Source of the DNA: an uncultured Candidatus Saccharibacteria bacterium
GTDB taxonomy: Bacteria; Patescibacteriota; Saccharimonadia; Saccharimonadales; CAZDQS01
Direction of reading: 5' to 3'
Length of the DNA stretch: 64,000 nt
NCBI GenBank assembly: GCA_964507855.1
Contig: CAZDQS010000002.1
Span: forward strand, 91,284 to 155,283
Positions 1 to 10,606 of the stretch are shown one piece after another (position 1 is the stretch's first letter; each line of letters starts with the position of its first letter). The position numbers and the translations under genes were made by a program. The notes beneath the pieces were generated by a model that was not told the origin of the DNA, made no database searches, and was given only the letters and a program-made list of their open reading frames with translations.

Positions 1-2
1 CT

Positions 3-446
3 CACGGCTCCATTACCGCTGTGCAGACCATTTACGTACCGGCTGACGACTTGAGCGACCCGGCTGTGCAAATGATCCAACACGAGCTGGACTCCACGCT
101 CGTGCTCAGCCGTAAGGTTGCCGAACAAGGCATCCGGCCGTCTGTCGACCTCCTGCGCACATCCTCCTCACTGCTTTCGCCGGATATCGTCGGCGAGCGA
201 CACTACGACCTCAGCCTTCGCGTCAAGACAATCCTCCAAAAGTACGAATCACTGCGCACCACGGTAGCCATCATCGGTGAGAACGAATTGAGTGCCCAGG
301 ACAAAACCGATTACCAGAAGGCCAAAGAGCTTATCCAATACTTCTCCCAGAAGATGGCGGTTATGGAAAGTATGAGCGGTGTCAAGGGTGAATACTTCAC
401 GCTCGAACAAACGCTCTCCGGCATCGAAGAAATCATAAACAAGTAG
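3..446 (+). CDS. atpD: F1 ATP synthase beta subunit, C-terminal part (5' end outside window)
   Basis: Translation GSITAVQTIYVPADDLSDPAVQ...RKVAEQGIRPSVD matches the conserved C-terminal half of F1-beta; the epsilon gene follows 1 nt later. Confidence 0.9.
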   Translation, partial: HGSITAVQTIYVPADDLSDPAVQMIQHELDSTLVLSRKVAEQGIRPSVDLLRTSSSLLSPDIVGERHYDLSLRVKTILQKYESLRTTVAIIGENELSAQDKTDYQKAKELIQYFSQKMAVMESMSGVKGEYFTLEQTLSGIEEIINK

Positions 447-447
447 C

Positions 448-723
448 ATGGACGACCAAAACACCAAAACTCCTACCAACCTACGGGTTAAAATCACGTC
501 GCCCGCAGGGACACTCCTTGAAGAAGAGGCGAATAGTCTATCTGCCATTAACGTCACGGGGCCTTTTGACATCCTGCCTGGACACCGTAGCTTTATCACA
601 CTTCTCGTGCCATGTGTCATTTCAGTGCAGACGACTCGCGGGGGCGCAAAAGAAATAGAGGTGAACAGTGGTGTACTGCATGTTGAGAAGAATTTTGTCC
701 AGGTGTTCTTAAATATTCTGTAA
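448..723 (+). CDS. atpC: F1 ATP synthase epsilon subunit (short, 91 aa)
   Basis: Lies directly after atpD; the motif VTGPFDILPGHRSFITLL is typical of the epsilon beta-sandwich domain. Confidence 0.8.
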   Translation: MDDQNTKTPTNLRVKITSPAGTLLEEEANSLSAINVTGPFDILPGHRSFITLLVPCVISVQTTRGGAKEIEVNSGVLHVEKNFVQVFLNIL

Positions 724-819
724 CAATTGGCAGCCTAGTCACGGCATAGTATACTAAATGCGATAAGGATAATGCTTACGGCACACGCCGTACCTCAAGC
801 AATGAACAACGGGGGTTCT

Positions 820-1293
820 ATGGATATTGTCAATGCAAAACCAAAGCAAGCTACGAAGGTTGCTAAGCGGCGCCTGCCAAAGCCTAAGCTAATAGCTGCT
901 GTCGTGCTTGCGATTTTGCTGCTGGTAGCTTGGTCATCGCTACGCTCGCAAACTTCCGCACGAGCAATCGACAAAGATTCGTACCAGGCCGTCTTCCTCT
1001 CGAACGGCCAGGTCTACTTTGGCAAACTCGTAAACCTCAATGGCGAGTATGTCGATATGCGGGAAATCTACTACCTGCAGCTCCAGAACTCTGATTCAGA
1101 AAACGCGGCAGAAGCCGTATCCAATCCAGATTCGTCAAACAATGACATAAAGCTCATTAAGCTAGGCAACGAACTGCACGGCCCGACCGACCGCATGATG
1201 ATAAACAAGAGCCAGATCCTGTTCTGGGAAAACCTCAAGGGAGACAGCAAAGTCTCACAAGCTATCGAACAGTACAAGAACGACAATAAATAG
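820..1293 (+). CDS. hypothetical membrane-anchored protein
   Basis: ORF 772-1293. The internal ATG at 820 follows a GGGGG RBS. One N-terminal TM helix (LIAAVVLAILLLVAWS). No recognisable family. Confidence 0.55.
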   Translation: MDIVNAKPKQATKVAKRRLPKPKLIAAVVLAILLLVAWSSLRSQTSARAIDKDSYQAVFLSNGQVYFGKLVNLNGEYVDMREIYYLQLQNSDSENAAEAVSNPDSSNNDIKLIKLGNELHGPTDRMMINKSQILFWENLKGDSKVSQAIEQYKNDNK

Positions 1294-1314
1294 TCGTTTC
1301 GTAAACGCTCTCCT

Positions 1315-1345
1315 AAAAGCACCGGCCACCAGCGCCGGTGCTTTA
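1315..1345. terminator. bidirectional intrinsic terminator between convergent genes
   Basis: AAAA-GCACCGGC(1319-1326)-loop-GCCGGTGC(1334-1341)-TTT. Confidence 0.6.
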
Positions 1346-1497
1346 ACATTCTCCCTCCCTCTCGCTAAGTGGATGAAGTAGTTTGAAGCTTTAGACTGCA
1401 ATGACTGCCCCTACCGAACCTCAAGTAAACAGCCACGGTATAAGCCTGGTCGATCCGATCAGCGCTCAATCCAAGGTCTTGTAGGGGCTAGTCGTGA

Positions 1498-4400
1498 TTA
1501 CTGTGGGTTCCAGTAGTTGAACTGGTAGGTCTGCTCGGCAGACGGCGCAGTGGTCAAGCCGAGCGTCATAGTCGTAGTATCAGCGGTAACGAACGGACCA
1601 ACCTCCGTCGACAGCTTGTCGATCGGACTGATGATTGGTCGCGGCGCAGTGTCGAACGGCTGGTTGAACGTGATGACACACGCGTCACCGTCAGACAGGG
1701 TGTCAGTACCGCTGATGAGGGTAATTGATCCGCTTGTGTCATTGCCCGTAACATCACACGATGCACTTGTCCCCGCCGCCGCCTGAACTTCGGCACTTGG
1801 CGCATCACCACCGGTCACAACGTGGCCGTTGACGATTATGTTGGCCAGGAAGGTGGCATCCTCAGAGACGGTCAGGCTAGCGAGCGTCGTCGCGCCCGTG
1901 ACCGTTAGGTCGTCATCAACCTGTAAAGCTCCCGTAGCAAGCAGGTGACCGTTAACCGTATCAATTGTGAAGATGGACGAGCCATCCGCCGCCTGTACCG
2001 AGAATGCGGCTTCAGAATCAGTCTTAACTGTGGTGTTGCCCTGCACCGTCAATGTCTGCCCTTGGGCAATAACAGTATTGTTGTTCAAGGTGACGTTCGG
2101 CTGCTCCGGAAGTACCGGGACGCTCGATACTTTGTATGCAATCATGTTCTGATTGGAGTTACTGACAACGTACATGTTATTGGCGTCCGTTGTAACCGCA
2201 GTGGGTGATGCCGAGGCAATAGCACCAACATAGGCAGGCTCTATGGTATTGGTCAGATCAATGATATGCACCGACCCGCCAGAGGCACTATCAACGATAG
2301 CTGCAAACTTGCCCTCTTCTGATATGACCATGGATTGCGCCGTGCCAATATCCGGGACACTGAGGCTGGATTCGCTCAGCTTGGCCGGGTTAGCCGGATC
2401 TGTCAGGTCGTAGACTTCGAGAACTTTGGTGGTGCCGTTATGGATGTAGAGATGGTGGTCATAGATCGCCATGGCCCGTACACCACTTGCCAGCGCCAAC
2501 TCGCCACTACTCGAAGGATTGTCTGGGTCAGCAAGGTCGAAGATAAACATTTTATGGAAGAGGAAGTTGTCAATTGCATAAGCATGCGTGCCGTAAACCC
2601 CTACTGTAAAGAGGTTCGTCCACATAGAGCTACCGGGTTGCAGGCTCTTGTAAGTTGGACTCTCTGGGTTCGTGATGTCAATGGTCGCAATCTTATACGT
2701 GTCTCCGTCATAGATGTAAACGTGAGTATCTGTTACCGTCAGGTCTTTGAGGTTTGCCAGGCTACCAGGACTGCTCAAGGTAGCGACAAGTGCCGGTTCG
2801 GCCGGATCAGCAAGACTCAAAACGTAGAGATTTGCTGGTGATATTGCGTAGAGATAATCACCACGAACTGCTAATTTAAGCGGATCGCTAAGGGCAACGC
2901 TGCCAGTTTCTTGCGGAGCCTCAGGATCGCTGATGTCATAGGTAAGGATTTTATTACCCTGCGAATTACGCATTGCTAGGTAGACATGGTTGCCTTTACG
3001 GGCGATAGCCGACGGGCGATCCGATCCAGTCGAAGTCGTGCTGAGCGCTGTCGCTTCGCTCAGTGTCTCAAATACCGGGTCTGTTGAGCCAGGTTCGACT
3101 TGCAGGCCAATACTTATGTCGCCGCTCAGCGTATCAACATTGAGAAGTGTTGCCTTTGCAGCGTTTTGGATTTGGAATGCGGCTGATGAATCAGTCCTGA
3201 CCGTCGTATCGCCGTGTATGTGCATAGCGTTGCCTTCTTCAACGACGACATTGCTATTGAGCTTAACGCCAAACTCTGGGTCCGGGGCCGGGCCGTCAGA
3301 TACAACCGGCTCGCCGACACGGAACACGTCGAGGTGCTGACCAGAGTCGCTGATGACATAGGCGTAATCACCACTGGCTGCAACTACTGTCGGTTCCGTA
3401 TCGAGTGGTAACGTGCCAAGCGAGATAGGATTCTCCGGGTCGGTTATATCAACCGCCTGGTAGGTGCTACTGTTGCTGTTTATGATAGCGGCAAATTTGC
3501 CATTGTCGGATATGATAACGCCAATTGGATGCGCATCGGTAGTAACTTCGCCGAGCTTCTCTGGAGTATTGGGGGTCGTAGCGATCTCGTAAATCTCCAT
3601 TTTGCCACTTGATGCTGTGCCGCTCGGGCTGCTGGTGACATAGAGATAGTCTCCATGCACAGTCACATCTGCTGGCGCCGTCAGGTTGAAGTATCCCACC
3701 TGGTTAACTTGGCCGTCAGCATTAAATATCCGGACTGCCTGAAAGCCTGCGCTATCGTCCACCGCGTAGACGCGGCTATTACCGGCACCTGCTAGTTGTC
3801 GAGAGGTGCCATTGACCTTATTGCCAGCACCACCACTTAGCGTGGGCGTAGAGGCAGGATTAGTTGCATTGTAGGCAACCATCCCACGGTTGCTGGTTAG
3901 AGAATAGACCCTGCCGTTACTGACAGTTATTGAGGCGTGTGTGCCGTATGCACTAAACGATCCCGTAGCCCATTTGTATACTGGGTCGCCTGGAGTGGTG
4001 ATATCAATTTCATATACTTTGTCATCGGTGGTCACAAACAAGCGAGTACCCTCTATGGCCATGTATTCTGGCTTCGTCAGCGAAAGTGTATCAACCAGAT
4101 TTGGGATGCCACTCTCTGATATCTGATATGTCTCAAGCTTGTCAGCAGCAGAGTATGTGACGTACACATAATTATCCTTAGCAATCATATCAGTAGCGGC
4201 TGCGTCCAAGTCCGCCTGTCCGGCCGCAACCTGGCCCATGATAAGATCGCTGCCCGGCACAGCGCCCTCCGGTGCTGCCGGAGGCTTCGGCGAGCCAATC
4301 GTTACAACGCCCTCTTCGGTATCAACAGTCAAGTACTGGGTTGCTTCAGCGTCAGCAACAGTGAGCGATGTCATACTTACGTCTGCCAGTGTTGTAGTCC

Positions 4401-7400
4401 CGGAGACTGTTAAGCTCTTGCCTGCACCAAGTTCTGTATCCTGATTCAGGCTGATAAGCGCTGCGTTATTCGGGCCAAGAACCAGTGTCTGCCCCTCTTC
4501 TTCGGTATCGATAGATGGAACTAATATGCCGCCGTCCGGCCCAGTCTCAAACTGCTCACCACCGCCCTCATCGCCGCCACCCTCGCCTGAACCACCGCCA
4601 CAAGTACCGGCAGTGACGATACCGCCGACAACCGTGACATTCTGCAGCACCTGGTCAGCACCACAATTAACATCGATCCCGAGCTCTTCGCCAACAGCAA
4701 AGGCAGTCCCGGCAATAACGACGCCGTTCTCTGTGTCGACCCTCAGGACATCATTGCCGGCAGCATCTTGGACTCGAAATGCGGTTTCTGAGTCAGTTTT
4801 AACAGTAGTTACGCCTTGTGACGTAAAGGTGCGGCCGGTGTACAGAACAGTATTCTGGTTGAGCGAGATGCGCGGAGCGCTTCCTGTTAGGTTGACTATC
4901 ATAAGGTTGCTTCTGCTGTTGTTGACCACCGCCACGATTCCGTCCTTTGTAGCTACAGAAACAGTCTTTGCACTTCCATTGCCATCCGAGACATCAACCG
5001 TTCCAACAGATTGAGGAACAGTATCATCAATATTAAGAACATGTAGTATGTTGGCTGATTCATCCGTCATGTAGAGATATTTGCCCGATTCGCTGACGAC
5101 AAGATCAGATGGGGCGCTGGTAATCGGCGTGGTTGCAACGGGCGACAAAGTACCCGAGCCCGCAATGGTCGAGACATCATACACGCGCAATGTGGAATCG
5201 TTGACAAACGGTATGTAAGCAAGCCCGTTGCTGACCGCAATACCAGCCGGCTTGGTGCTTGTCATGTTGTGGTTTGTAAATGGCAAGCTGTTCGCCAGCG
5301 GATTGGAGATGTTGTAGATACGGAGGCCTGAGTTCGTAGTAACACCCTGCATGACCGCATAGAGCCGGTCGCCGACAATATCCAGCCGGATCTTAGCCAC
5401 GCTAGAAAGGAGTGTCTGCGGATTCGTGCCGAGAGTAGCCGGGTTCTCTGGATCGGTTACATCGTACCGGTCGATATAGCTCCAGTTATCGGCGGCGATG
5501 TAGGCAACATAAAGATAGTTTCCCTTGACGGCAACAGCTTGGACAGAAGCACCGGCGTTTCTGGTTGTTATGGTTTTTATAAGTGAAGGTGAAGCGTCAG
5601 GGTCACTCACATCATAAATTTCAACCGAGGTAGTGCCGACGGCGACATAGGCTGTTGAGCCATCATCACTGACAGCAATGTCGTTAGCCGCACCGTTCAT
5701 TGTTGGTGCACTCCCGGCCAACTGCGGGCTTTCCGGATCGCTGATATCAACAATCTGTACGTTATTAATGATAGATGAGGCTACATACGCATAATCTCCG
5801 TTGATTGCGACGCTGTTCGGCAAGCTGCTGATGTTGACTTTGCCAGTCGTGCTATCGCTGATACTGCCGCCAACATTACTGTTTTCGGTCGGTGCATCAA
5901 CTGAGCCAAGATCGATATTCTTACCCTCTGTATCGACCACAAGATACGCATCATCGGTGCTATCGGATACCTTCAACGCTGTTGTTGAGCTGGTCTTAAC
6001 AGACGTACTGCCCTGGACGGACAACGTCTTACCCGACCCTATGGTCGTATTCTGGTTGAGGTTGATAGCATTGGCGTAGGTGCTGCCGATGTTAAGTGTG
6101 CTGCCAAGAATATTGGCATCAAAAGTCTGAGACTGAACAACGCCCAGAGAAAAGATATTACTGGCCGTGACAGAGCTGCTGAACGTACCCTTCACCGCTG
6201 TTATGTTGCCGCCAAGATCAAGACTGCCTGTCATATTACCGCTACCGTAAACTTGCAGTGTTGTATTGCCATTGCCGAGGTTCATGGTCTGGAGACTGTT
6301 ATTGTTCGGATATGTATTAGCGATGTAGGCGACACCGTCCTGCATAACCATGTCGGTACCGCGCCGCAAGAGCGCCTTGCTGCCCACTAGCTCAGGAGCA
6401 TCAGGGTCACGAGTGTTGTAGAGCTGGATATATCCGTGCGCATTGCTTGGCCCGCCGTAGTAGGTTATGACGATGACATAGCCAGCGTGCGCGTGAACAA
6501 CCGTTGGATTAGAGTAGATTTCACTGGCTTCCGTCGTATGCTTGAGCAACATTGCCGACGGATTACTGATATCAAATGTCTGCATCGTTGCGGCATTGGA
6601 GTTGATCACATATGCCCGATTGCCAAAAATACTGATGTCGGCAGGACCTGTGTTTGTTATTGCGGTGCTGATCGCAGCAATGTCGTTCGGGTCACTGGCA
6701 TCAAATGACATTATCCGGTTGCTGGCACGTTCTGTAACATACAGATTGGTGCCATAGATGGTAATTGCTGTTGGCCACGCATCTGGGCCAGCGCCAATGA
6801 CAAAGTCAGCAGACTGCACCGGATCGACCGGATCAGAAATATCAAAGGTATAGATGTGGTCATTGCCAAACGAGCCTGACTCGTTGCTGACGATGAAGAT
6901 ATAGTTGCCTTCCCGTACCATGTCTACCGGATAGTTGCCGGTCGCAACGGACTTTATGAGCTGCGGGTCGGTCGGACTGCTGACGTCATAGACGCGAAGA
7001 CTACCAGTTGAACTCGTCGGCTTATCAAGAATGTACAGATAGTCAGAGGCAGCAATCATCTTAATCGGGCTGGTTAGCCCGGTGCCTGTCGTCTTCGAAA
7101 GTACGAGGCTTGGGTTGGCTGTCGGATCGGATACATCAAAAACATAGAAGAATGACCCGTCAATCGTAACAAACGCATAATCACCGGAGACCGCCACCGC
7201 AGACAATGGAGTACTACCGCTCGGTACGCTTGCGGAGGTAGTCGAGCCAGATGGTAATTCACCGGTAAGCTCAGACGATGAAGGGGCAGCCAGCGAACCA
7301 ATAGTTACCTTCATATTCAGAGTATTGCCGCTGATGAGCGAGGCACCGGCCGCGTTCTGCAGATCAAAAGCCTCTACCGCGTCGGACAGACCTTTCATGA

Positions 7401-9291
7401 GGACTGGCCCATTTACCTCACTGCTACCACTTATTACTTTACCGGTGATGTTTATGTGGCCTTCCTGGGCTTCGCCCGGTGTTTCGGTCTGCAGCGCGAC
7501 ACACGTCGGACATTCGTCCGTCGGCTGAGTATCAAAGTCGTCGGCACACTCCCATTGGCTAGCGTCTGCATCATATTTCAGCGTCTGGCCGTCGGTACAA
7601 GTTGCCAAAAGGCCAAGTCCGTCTTCATCAGTTTCGAGGCCACCACCATCGCGGACATTGACAGCAATTTTCGGATTGGCCCCGTCGGTAATATCAACAT
7701 AGATTGAACTATCGCTTGCCGAAATTGACGCAACGCCGACACCATCACCGCCGGTATCTTCAGCACACAGCAGCACGCCATTTGCGTCCAGCGTCAGCTT
7801 GCCACCATTACCCGCAGCCGAACAGTCTATTGCCGGTATCACAATATTCCCGGTGCTGTTGCCGAGGACTAAGTTCGCAAAGTTGGCTTGCACAATATTC
7901 ATGCTGCCCTGCGATGACAGGTTTGCTGACAGACCCAGCTCAATGCCACCGGCAAATGTCTTGAGTCCTGCAAAGCGCTGGCTGGTTGTACTGACCAAGC
8001 CGGCACGTGTCTGGCTGGCGTCGTGCAGGGTGATGGTGTTACCGCTGGTGTCGGCATTTGCGATTATGACAGCGCCCGTAAGGCCGTTAATCGAGGAGAC
8101 GCTTCCAGCAAGACTGTCACACGTGACAAACTCCGGTCCGTCCGTGCCACTAACAAAACAAAGCCCTGGCTGGGTGGGCGGCGCCGTGGTAGCAAGCCGA
8201 TCGCCGTTGTAGTACATAACACCGCCGGCAAGCAGGTCATCCGCAGTTGCTCCGGTACCACCGCTGGCGATGCCAAGCGCCTGAGTAAGTGTTAACTCAT
8301 TAACGCTTGCCGCCCCAGAAACCACCAGGTCCACTGCCGCTGCCGTCCCGGACACATCCAAATCACCAAGTGTCATACCGGCGAATTCAGGAGTCGCGCC
8401 TTTGTGTATGTCCTGGGGCAGGCTGACGGTAATCTTGCCAGTCGCAGCAGAAACAACAACCTGGTTCGGCGTTCCCTGGAGCTCGATAACACCGGTGCTG
8501 GTAATTTTGTAGCCATCGTCATTTTCTTCAACGTTGATACCGTCACCAGCGGTGATTTCCAATTTCTGGGCGTCCTGGAGTTCCTGTACCACCTGCCCGA
8601 CAATCGTGCCCATCGTCTCGCCCAGTGCACCCTCTACCAGTTCACCAACCATGCCTTCCACCGCTTGGGTGTTTTGCAATAACTCGGCCTCGATAAGTGT
8701 CTGGTACTCCTCCAGGTCTTGCATAGTCGTTACCGTCTGGAACTGAGCACCGTCATGGAACATGAAATCATTTGTGCCGATATCGAAGTAAAACAGGCCG
8801 GCGCCTGCATTATCCGGTTGATCAGAGGGCGTGATGGTGAGCGCATTATTAAGCTCAAGTGGCCCATTGATGGTCACCTTGGTGTTGCTCTGCGCTGCCT
8901 GCGCCAGTACGTTTGGCAGCTGGGCCAGCACATCTTCGGGAATATCAGCCACCAGTGTGGCTTGCTCGCTATTATTGCCGCTGGTCAGCTGATCATTGGC
9001 TGCAAGAATCGTATAGATAGTTCCGATGCCTACGAGAAACACTGCGACGATAGCAACAGGTAGGACTCGCTTTCGTGACAATGCCGACAGAAAGCGGTTG
9101 CGCTTCGTGAATATAGTCTTGGTATTTGGCGGCGGCGAAGAGGGCGTACCAGGCGTGGTTGCGGCACCCTGCCCTACGCTTGTGCCACCCGAAGGTGGTG
9201 CACTTTGCCCATACAAATCCATGCGTTCCGCGCCATTGCCGGAGGATGTGCTTGCATTTTGGCTATTTTTTGTGTCAGCCTCTCCCGCCAC
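1498..9291 (-). CDS. giant (2597 aa) membrane-anchored surface protein with repeated LVIVD-type beta-propeller blocks
   Basis: Uninterrupted ORF with one N-terminal TM helix. At least four blocks of the repeat G(D/N)Y(A/L)YV...L.(V/I)(Y/F)D(V/I)SDP..P, separated by LNQNT..TVQG.TTVKTDS..AF.VQ.A.G modules. Confidence 0.85.
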   Translation of the reverse strand: MAGEADTKNSQNASTSSGNGAERMDLYGQSAPPSGGTSVGQGAATTPGTPSSPPPNTKTIFTKRNRFLSALSRKRVLPVAIVAVFLVGIGTIYTILAANDQLTSGNNSEQATLVADIPEDVLAQLPNVLAQAAQSNTKVTINGPLELNNALTITPSDQPDNAGAGLFYFDIGTNDFMFHDGAQFQTVTTMQDLEEYQTLIEAELLQNTQAVEGMVGELVEGALGETMGTIVGQVVQELQDAQKLEITAGDGINVEENDDGYKITSTGVIELQGTPNQVVVSAATGKITVSLPQDIHKGATPEFAGMTLGDLDVSGTAAAVDLVVSGAASVNELTLTQALGIASGGTGATADDLLAGGVMYYNGDRLATTAPPTQPGLCFVSGTDGPEFVTCDSLAGSVSSINGLTGAVIIANADTSGNTITLHDASQTRAGLVSTTSQRFAGLKTFAGGIELGLSANLSSQGSMNIVQANFANLVLGNSTGNIVIPAIDCSAAGNGGKLTLDANGVLLCAEDTGGDGVGVASISASDSSIYVDITDGANPKIAVNVRDGGGLETDEDGLGLLATCTDGQTLKYDADASQWECADDFDTQPTDECPTCVALQTETPGEAQEGHINITGKVISGSSEVNGPVLMKGLSDAVEAFDLQNAAGASLISGNTLNMKVTIGSLAAPSSSELTGELPSGSTTSASVPSGSTPLSAVAVSGDYAFVTIDGSFFYVFDVSDPTANPSLVLSKTTGTGLTSPIKMIAASDYLYILDKPTSSTGSLRVYDVSSPTDPQLIKSVATGNYPVDMVREGNYIFIVSNESGSFGNDHIYTFDISDPVDPVQSADFVIGAGPDAWPTAITIYGTNLYVTERASNRIMSFDASDPNDIAAISTAITNTGPADISIFGNRAYVINSNAATMQTFDISNPSAMLLKHTTEASEIYSNPTVVHAHAGYVIVITYYGGPSNAHGYIQLYNTRDPDAPELVGSKALLRRGTDMVMQDGVAYIANTYPNNNSLQTMNLGNGNTTLQVYGSGNMTGSLDLGGNITAVKGTFSSSVTASNIFSLGVVQSQTFDANILGSTLNIGSTYANAINLNQNTTIGSGKTLSVQGSTSVKTSSTTALKVSDSTDDAYLVVDTEGKNIDLGSVDAPTENSNVGGSISDSTTGKVNISSLPNSVAINGDYAYVASSIINNVQIVDISDPESPQLAGSAPTMNGAANDIAVSDDGSTAYVAVGTTSVEIYDVSDPDASPSLIKTITTRNAGASVQAVAVKGNYLYVAYIAADNWSYIDRYDVTDPENPATLGTNPQTLLSSVAKIRLDIVGDRLYAVMQGVTTNSGLRIYNISNPLANSLPFTNHNMTSTKPAGIAVSNGLAYIPFVNDSTLRVYDVSTIAGSGTLSPVATTPITSAPSDLVVSESGKYLYMTDESANILHVLNIDDTVPQSVGTVDVSDGNGSAKTVSVATKDGIVAVVNNSRSNLMIVNLTGSAPRISLNQNTVLYTGRTFTSQGVTTVKTDSETAFRVQDAAGNDVLRVDTENGVVIAGTAFAVGEELGIDVNCGADQVLQNVTVVGGIVTAGTCGGGSGEGGGDEGGGEQFETGPDGGILVPSIDTEEEGQTLVLGPNNAALISLNQDTELGAGKSLTVSGTTTLADVSMTSLTVADAEATQYLTVDTEEGVVTIGSPKPPAAPEGAVPGSDLIMGQVAAGQADLDAAATDMIAKDNYVYVTYSAADKLETYQISESGIPNLVDTLSLTKPEYMAIEGTRLFVTTDDKVYEIDITTPGDPVYKWATGSFSAYGTHASITVSNGRVYSLTSNRGMVAYNATNPASTPTLSGGAGNKVNGTSRQLAGAGNSRVYAVDDSAGFQAVRIFNADGQVNQVGYFNLTAPADVTVHGDYLYVTSSPSGTASSGKMEIYEIATTPNTPEKLGEVTTDAHPIGVIISDNGKFAAIINSNSSTYQAVDITDPENPISLGTLPLDTEPTVVAASGDYAYVISDSGQHLDVFRVGEPVVSDGPAPDPEFGVKLNSNVVVEEGNAMHIHGDTTVRTDSSAAFQIQNAAKATLLNVDTLSGDISIGLQVEPGSTDPVFETLSEATALSTTSTGSDRPSAIARKGNHVYLAMRNSQGNKILTYDISDPEAPQETGSVALSDPLKLAVRGDYLYAISPANLYVLSLADPAEPALVATLSSPGSLANLKDLTVTDTHVYIYDGDTYKIATIDITNPESPTYKSLQPGSSMWTNLFTVGVYGTHAYAIDNFLFHKMFIFDLADPDNPSSSGELALASGVRAMAIYDHHLYIHNGTTKVLEVYDLTDPANPAKLSESSLSVPDIGTAQSMVISEEGKFAAIVDSASGGSVHIIDLTNTIEPAYVGAIASASPTAVTTDANNMYVVSNSNQNMIAYKVSSVPVLPEQPNVTLNNNTVIAQGQTLTVQGNTTVKTDSEAAFSVQAADGSSIFTIDTVNGHLLATGALQVDDDLTVTGATTLASLTVSEDATFLANIIVNGHVVTGGDAPSAEVQAAAGTSASCDVTGNDTSGSITLISGTDTLSDGDACVITFNQPFDTAPRPIISPIDKLSTEVGPFVTADTTTMTLGLTTAPSAEQTYQFNYWNPQ

Positions 9292-9363
9292 AAACTTCCC
9301 TCGTTTTTCCTTTTCCTCTTATGCTTAATTGTAGCGGCTGTGCTCGTGTTTGTAAATGCTGGT

Positions 9364-10194
9364 TTAACCGAGAAGCTTCAGCGCAAAGTAAGACAAGCCG
9401 GCGCTCACACAGAAGACGCCAATCGCAAAAAGCACGAGGCCGATGAGTGATTTGACGACCTTTTTCTCGGCCAGCGGATTGCGGCCAATTGAGATCATTG
9501 AGGAGTAGCTCGTTGACGTAATAAGAAAGATCGCGGTAAAGGCGCCGATCATAAGTATGAGGCCGGCAACCACAATCCCGATGGGGCGGACCACTTTTCC
9601 GGTCACGTTATCGGCTAGCTTTTCAAGTGTGTTGCGATTACGAGCGTCACCCTGGTTGATGGGAGTGGTATTCGGCGTGTAGTCACTGGCACCGACACGG
9701 ATATTGATTGCCCCGATATGCACTTCTTTCATTTCCCCGTTTATCTCAACGGTTGTCGCCTGAACGTTTTCGGAGTCTGGTTTCAACTCATCAACAGCGA
9801 TACCTATAATCCGACCGCTCTCGGCTGCCTTTTCGCCAATACCAGCAATTGATTTCACGGTCACCGGATCGCCAACTTCAATATTGCCGCTAGCTGTGCT
9901 AGCAAGCACCGGCAGGATACCGCTGTTAGCCACCGCTACCTTATCGGCCGTCTCCTGGCTCGTGAAGACAATATTACCGTCGCCGGCCACCACACCGTAC
10001 ATCAGATGGATATTGTCCGGCTTGGCCTTAAATGCGGTGTTGGCCTTCGTGTTCACACTGACGATATTGCCGGGAATAAGTGGCTCTTCAGCAGTAAACT
10101 CATATGTAATCGGTGCTGCACCGACGCGCGATATCCCCAATACAACAACCAGCAGCACGATACTCGATAAGATTGCGGTGCCTCGTATTTTCAC
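9364..10194 (-). CDS. hypothetical secreted/membrane protein (signal peptide plus C-terminal TM helices)
   Basis: 276-aa ORF directly upstream of, and co-oriented with, the giant surface-protein gene. N-terminal signal-like helix and 2-3 C-terminal TM helices. Confidence 0.6.
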   Translation of the reverse strand: MKIRGTAILSSIVLLVVVLGISRVGAAPITYEFTAEEPLIPGNIVSVNTKANTAFKAKPDNIHLMYGVVAGDGNIVFTSQETADKVAVANSGILPVLASTASGNIEVGDPVTVKSIAGIGEKAAESGRIIGIAVDELKPDSENVQATTVEINGEMKEVHIGAINIRVGASDYTPNTTPINQGDARNRNTLEKLADNVTGKVVRPIGIVVAGLILMIGAFTAIFLITSTSYSSMISIGRNPLAEKKVVKSLIGLVLFAIGVFCVSAGLSYFALKLLG

Positions 10195-10381
10195 GCCGTT
10201 TGTATACCCCGGTTTCTCTTTCTGGTTACGATTGCTTTAATTGTATGAAAAGTGGTCATGCTTCGTCAACTTACAGCTACGCCGGTAACAGAGTATTAGG
10301 AGGTATGTAAATTTTCGCGGCAACGCGGCCCGTTGGTGCTTTATAATGCACACCATCACTGTAAACATAAGGAGCATAGCC

Positions 10382-10606
10382 ATGGCGCGAGTGAGCACCT
10401 ATCTCAACCTTCCGCGAACAACTGAGGAAGCGTTTAACTTTTATAAATCAGTCTTTGGCACAGAATTCGTTGGTGAAGTCCAAAGAATAGGTGACGTACC
10501 GGCCCAGGAAGGCCAGCCGCCTATCCCCGAAGGAGACAAAAGTCTCATCATGCTAAACTCGAGCCCGGGTTGGCGTCAGCAATCCAAAAATACGAGAAGA
10601 TCGTGA
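10382..10606 (+). pseudogene. truncated VOC/glyoxalase (PhnB-like) gene
   Basis: AAGGAG RBS then MARVSTYLNLPRTTEEAFNFYKSVFGTEF...DKSLIM, like the N-terminus of PhnB/VOC proteins. Similarity ends near 10553 and a short unrelated tail runs to a stop. Confidence 0.5.

Noticed and set aside
1550-9450. About forty ORFs of 60-170 aa lie on both strands within and just upstream of the giant surface-protein gene.
   Set aside because: They are nested in a single uninterrupted 7.8-kb ORF with a coherent repeat architecture. Their translations are compositionally biased, and they are by-products of repetitive GC-rich coding sequence.
10558-10569. CTCGAGCCCGGG (adjacent XhoI and SmaI/XmaI sites) lies exactly at the junction where the VOC gene is truncated. 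It resembles a polylinker or an engineered junction.
   Set aside because: It is a single 12-mer with no other vector-like sequence around it. CTCGAG also occurs at 48693 in ordinary context. Chance occurrence cannot be excluded and nothing else suggests an artefact.
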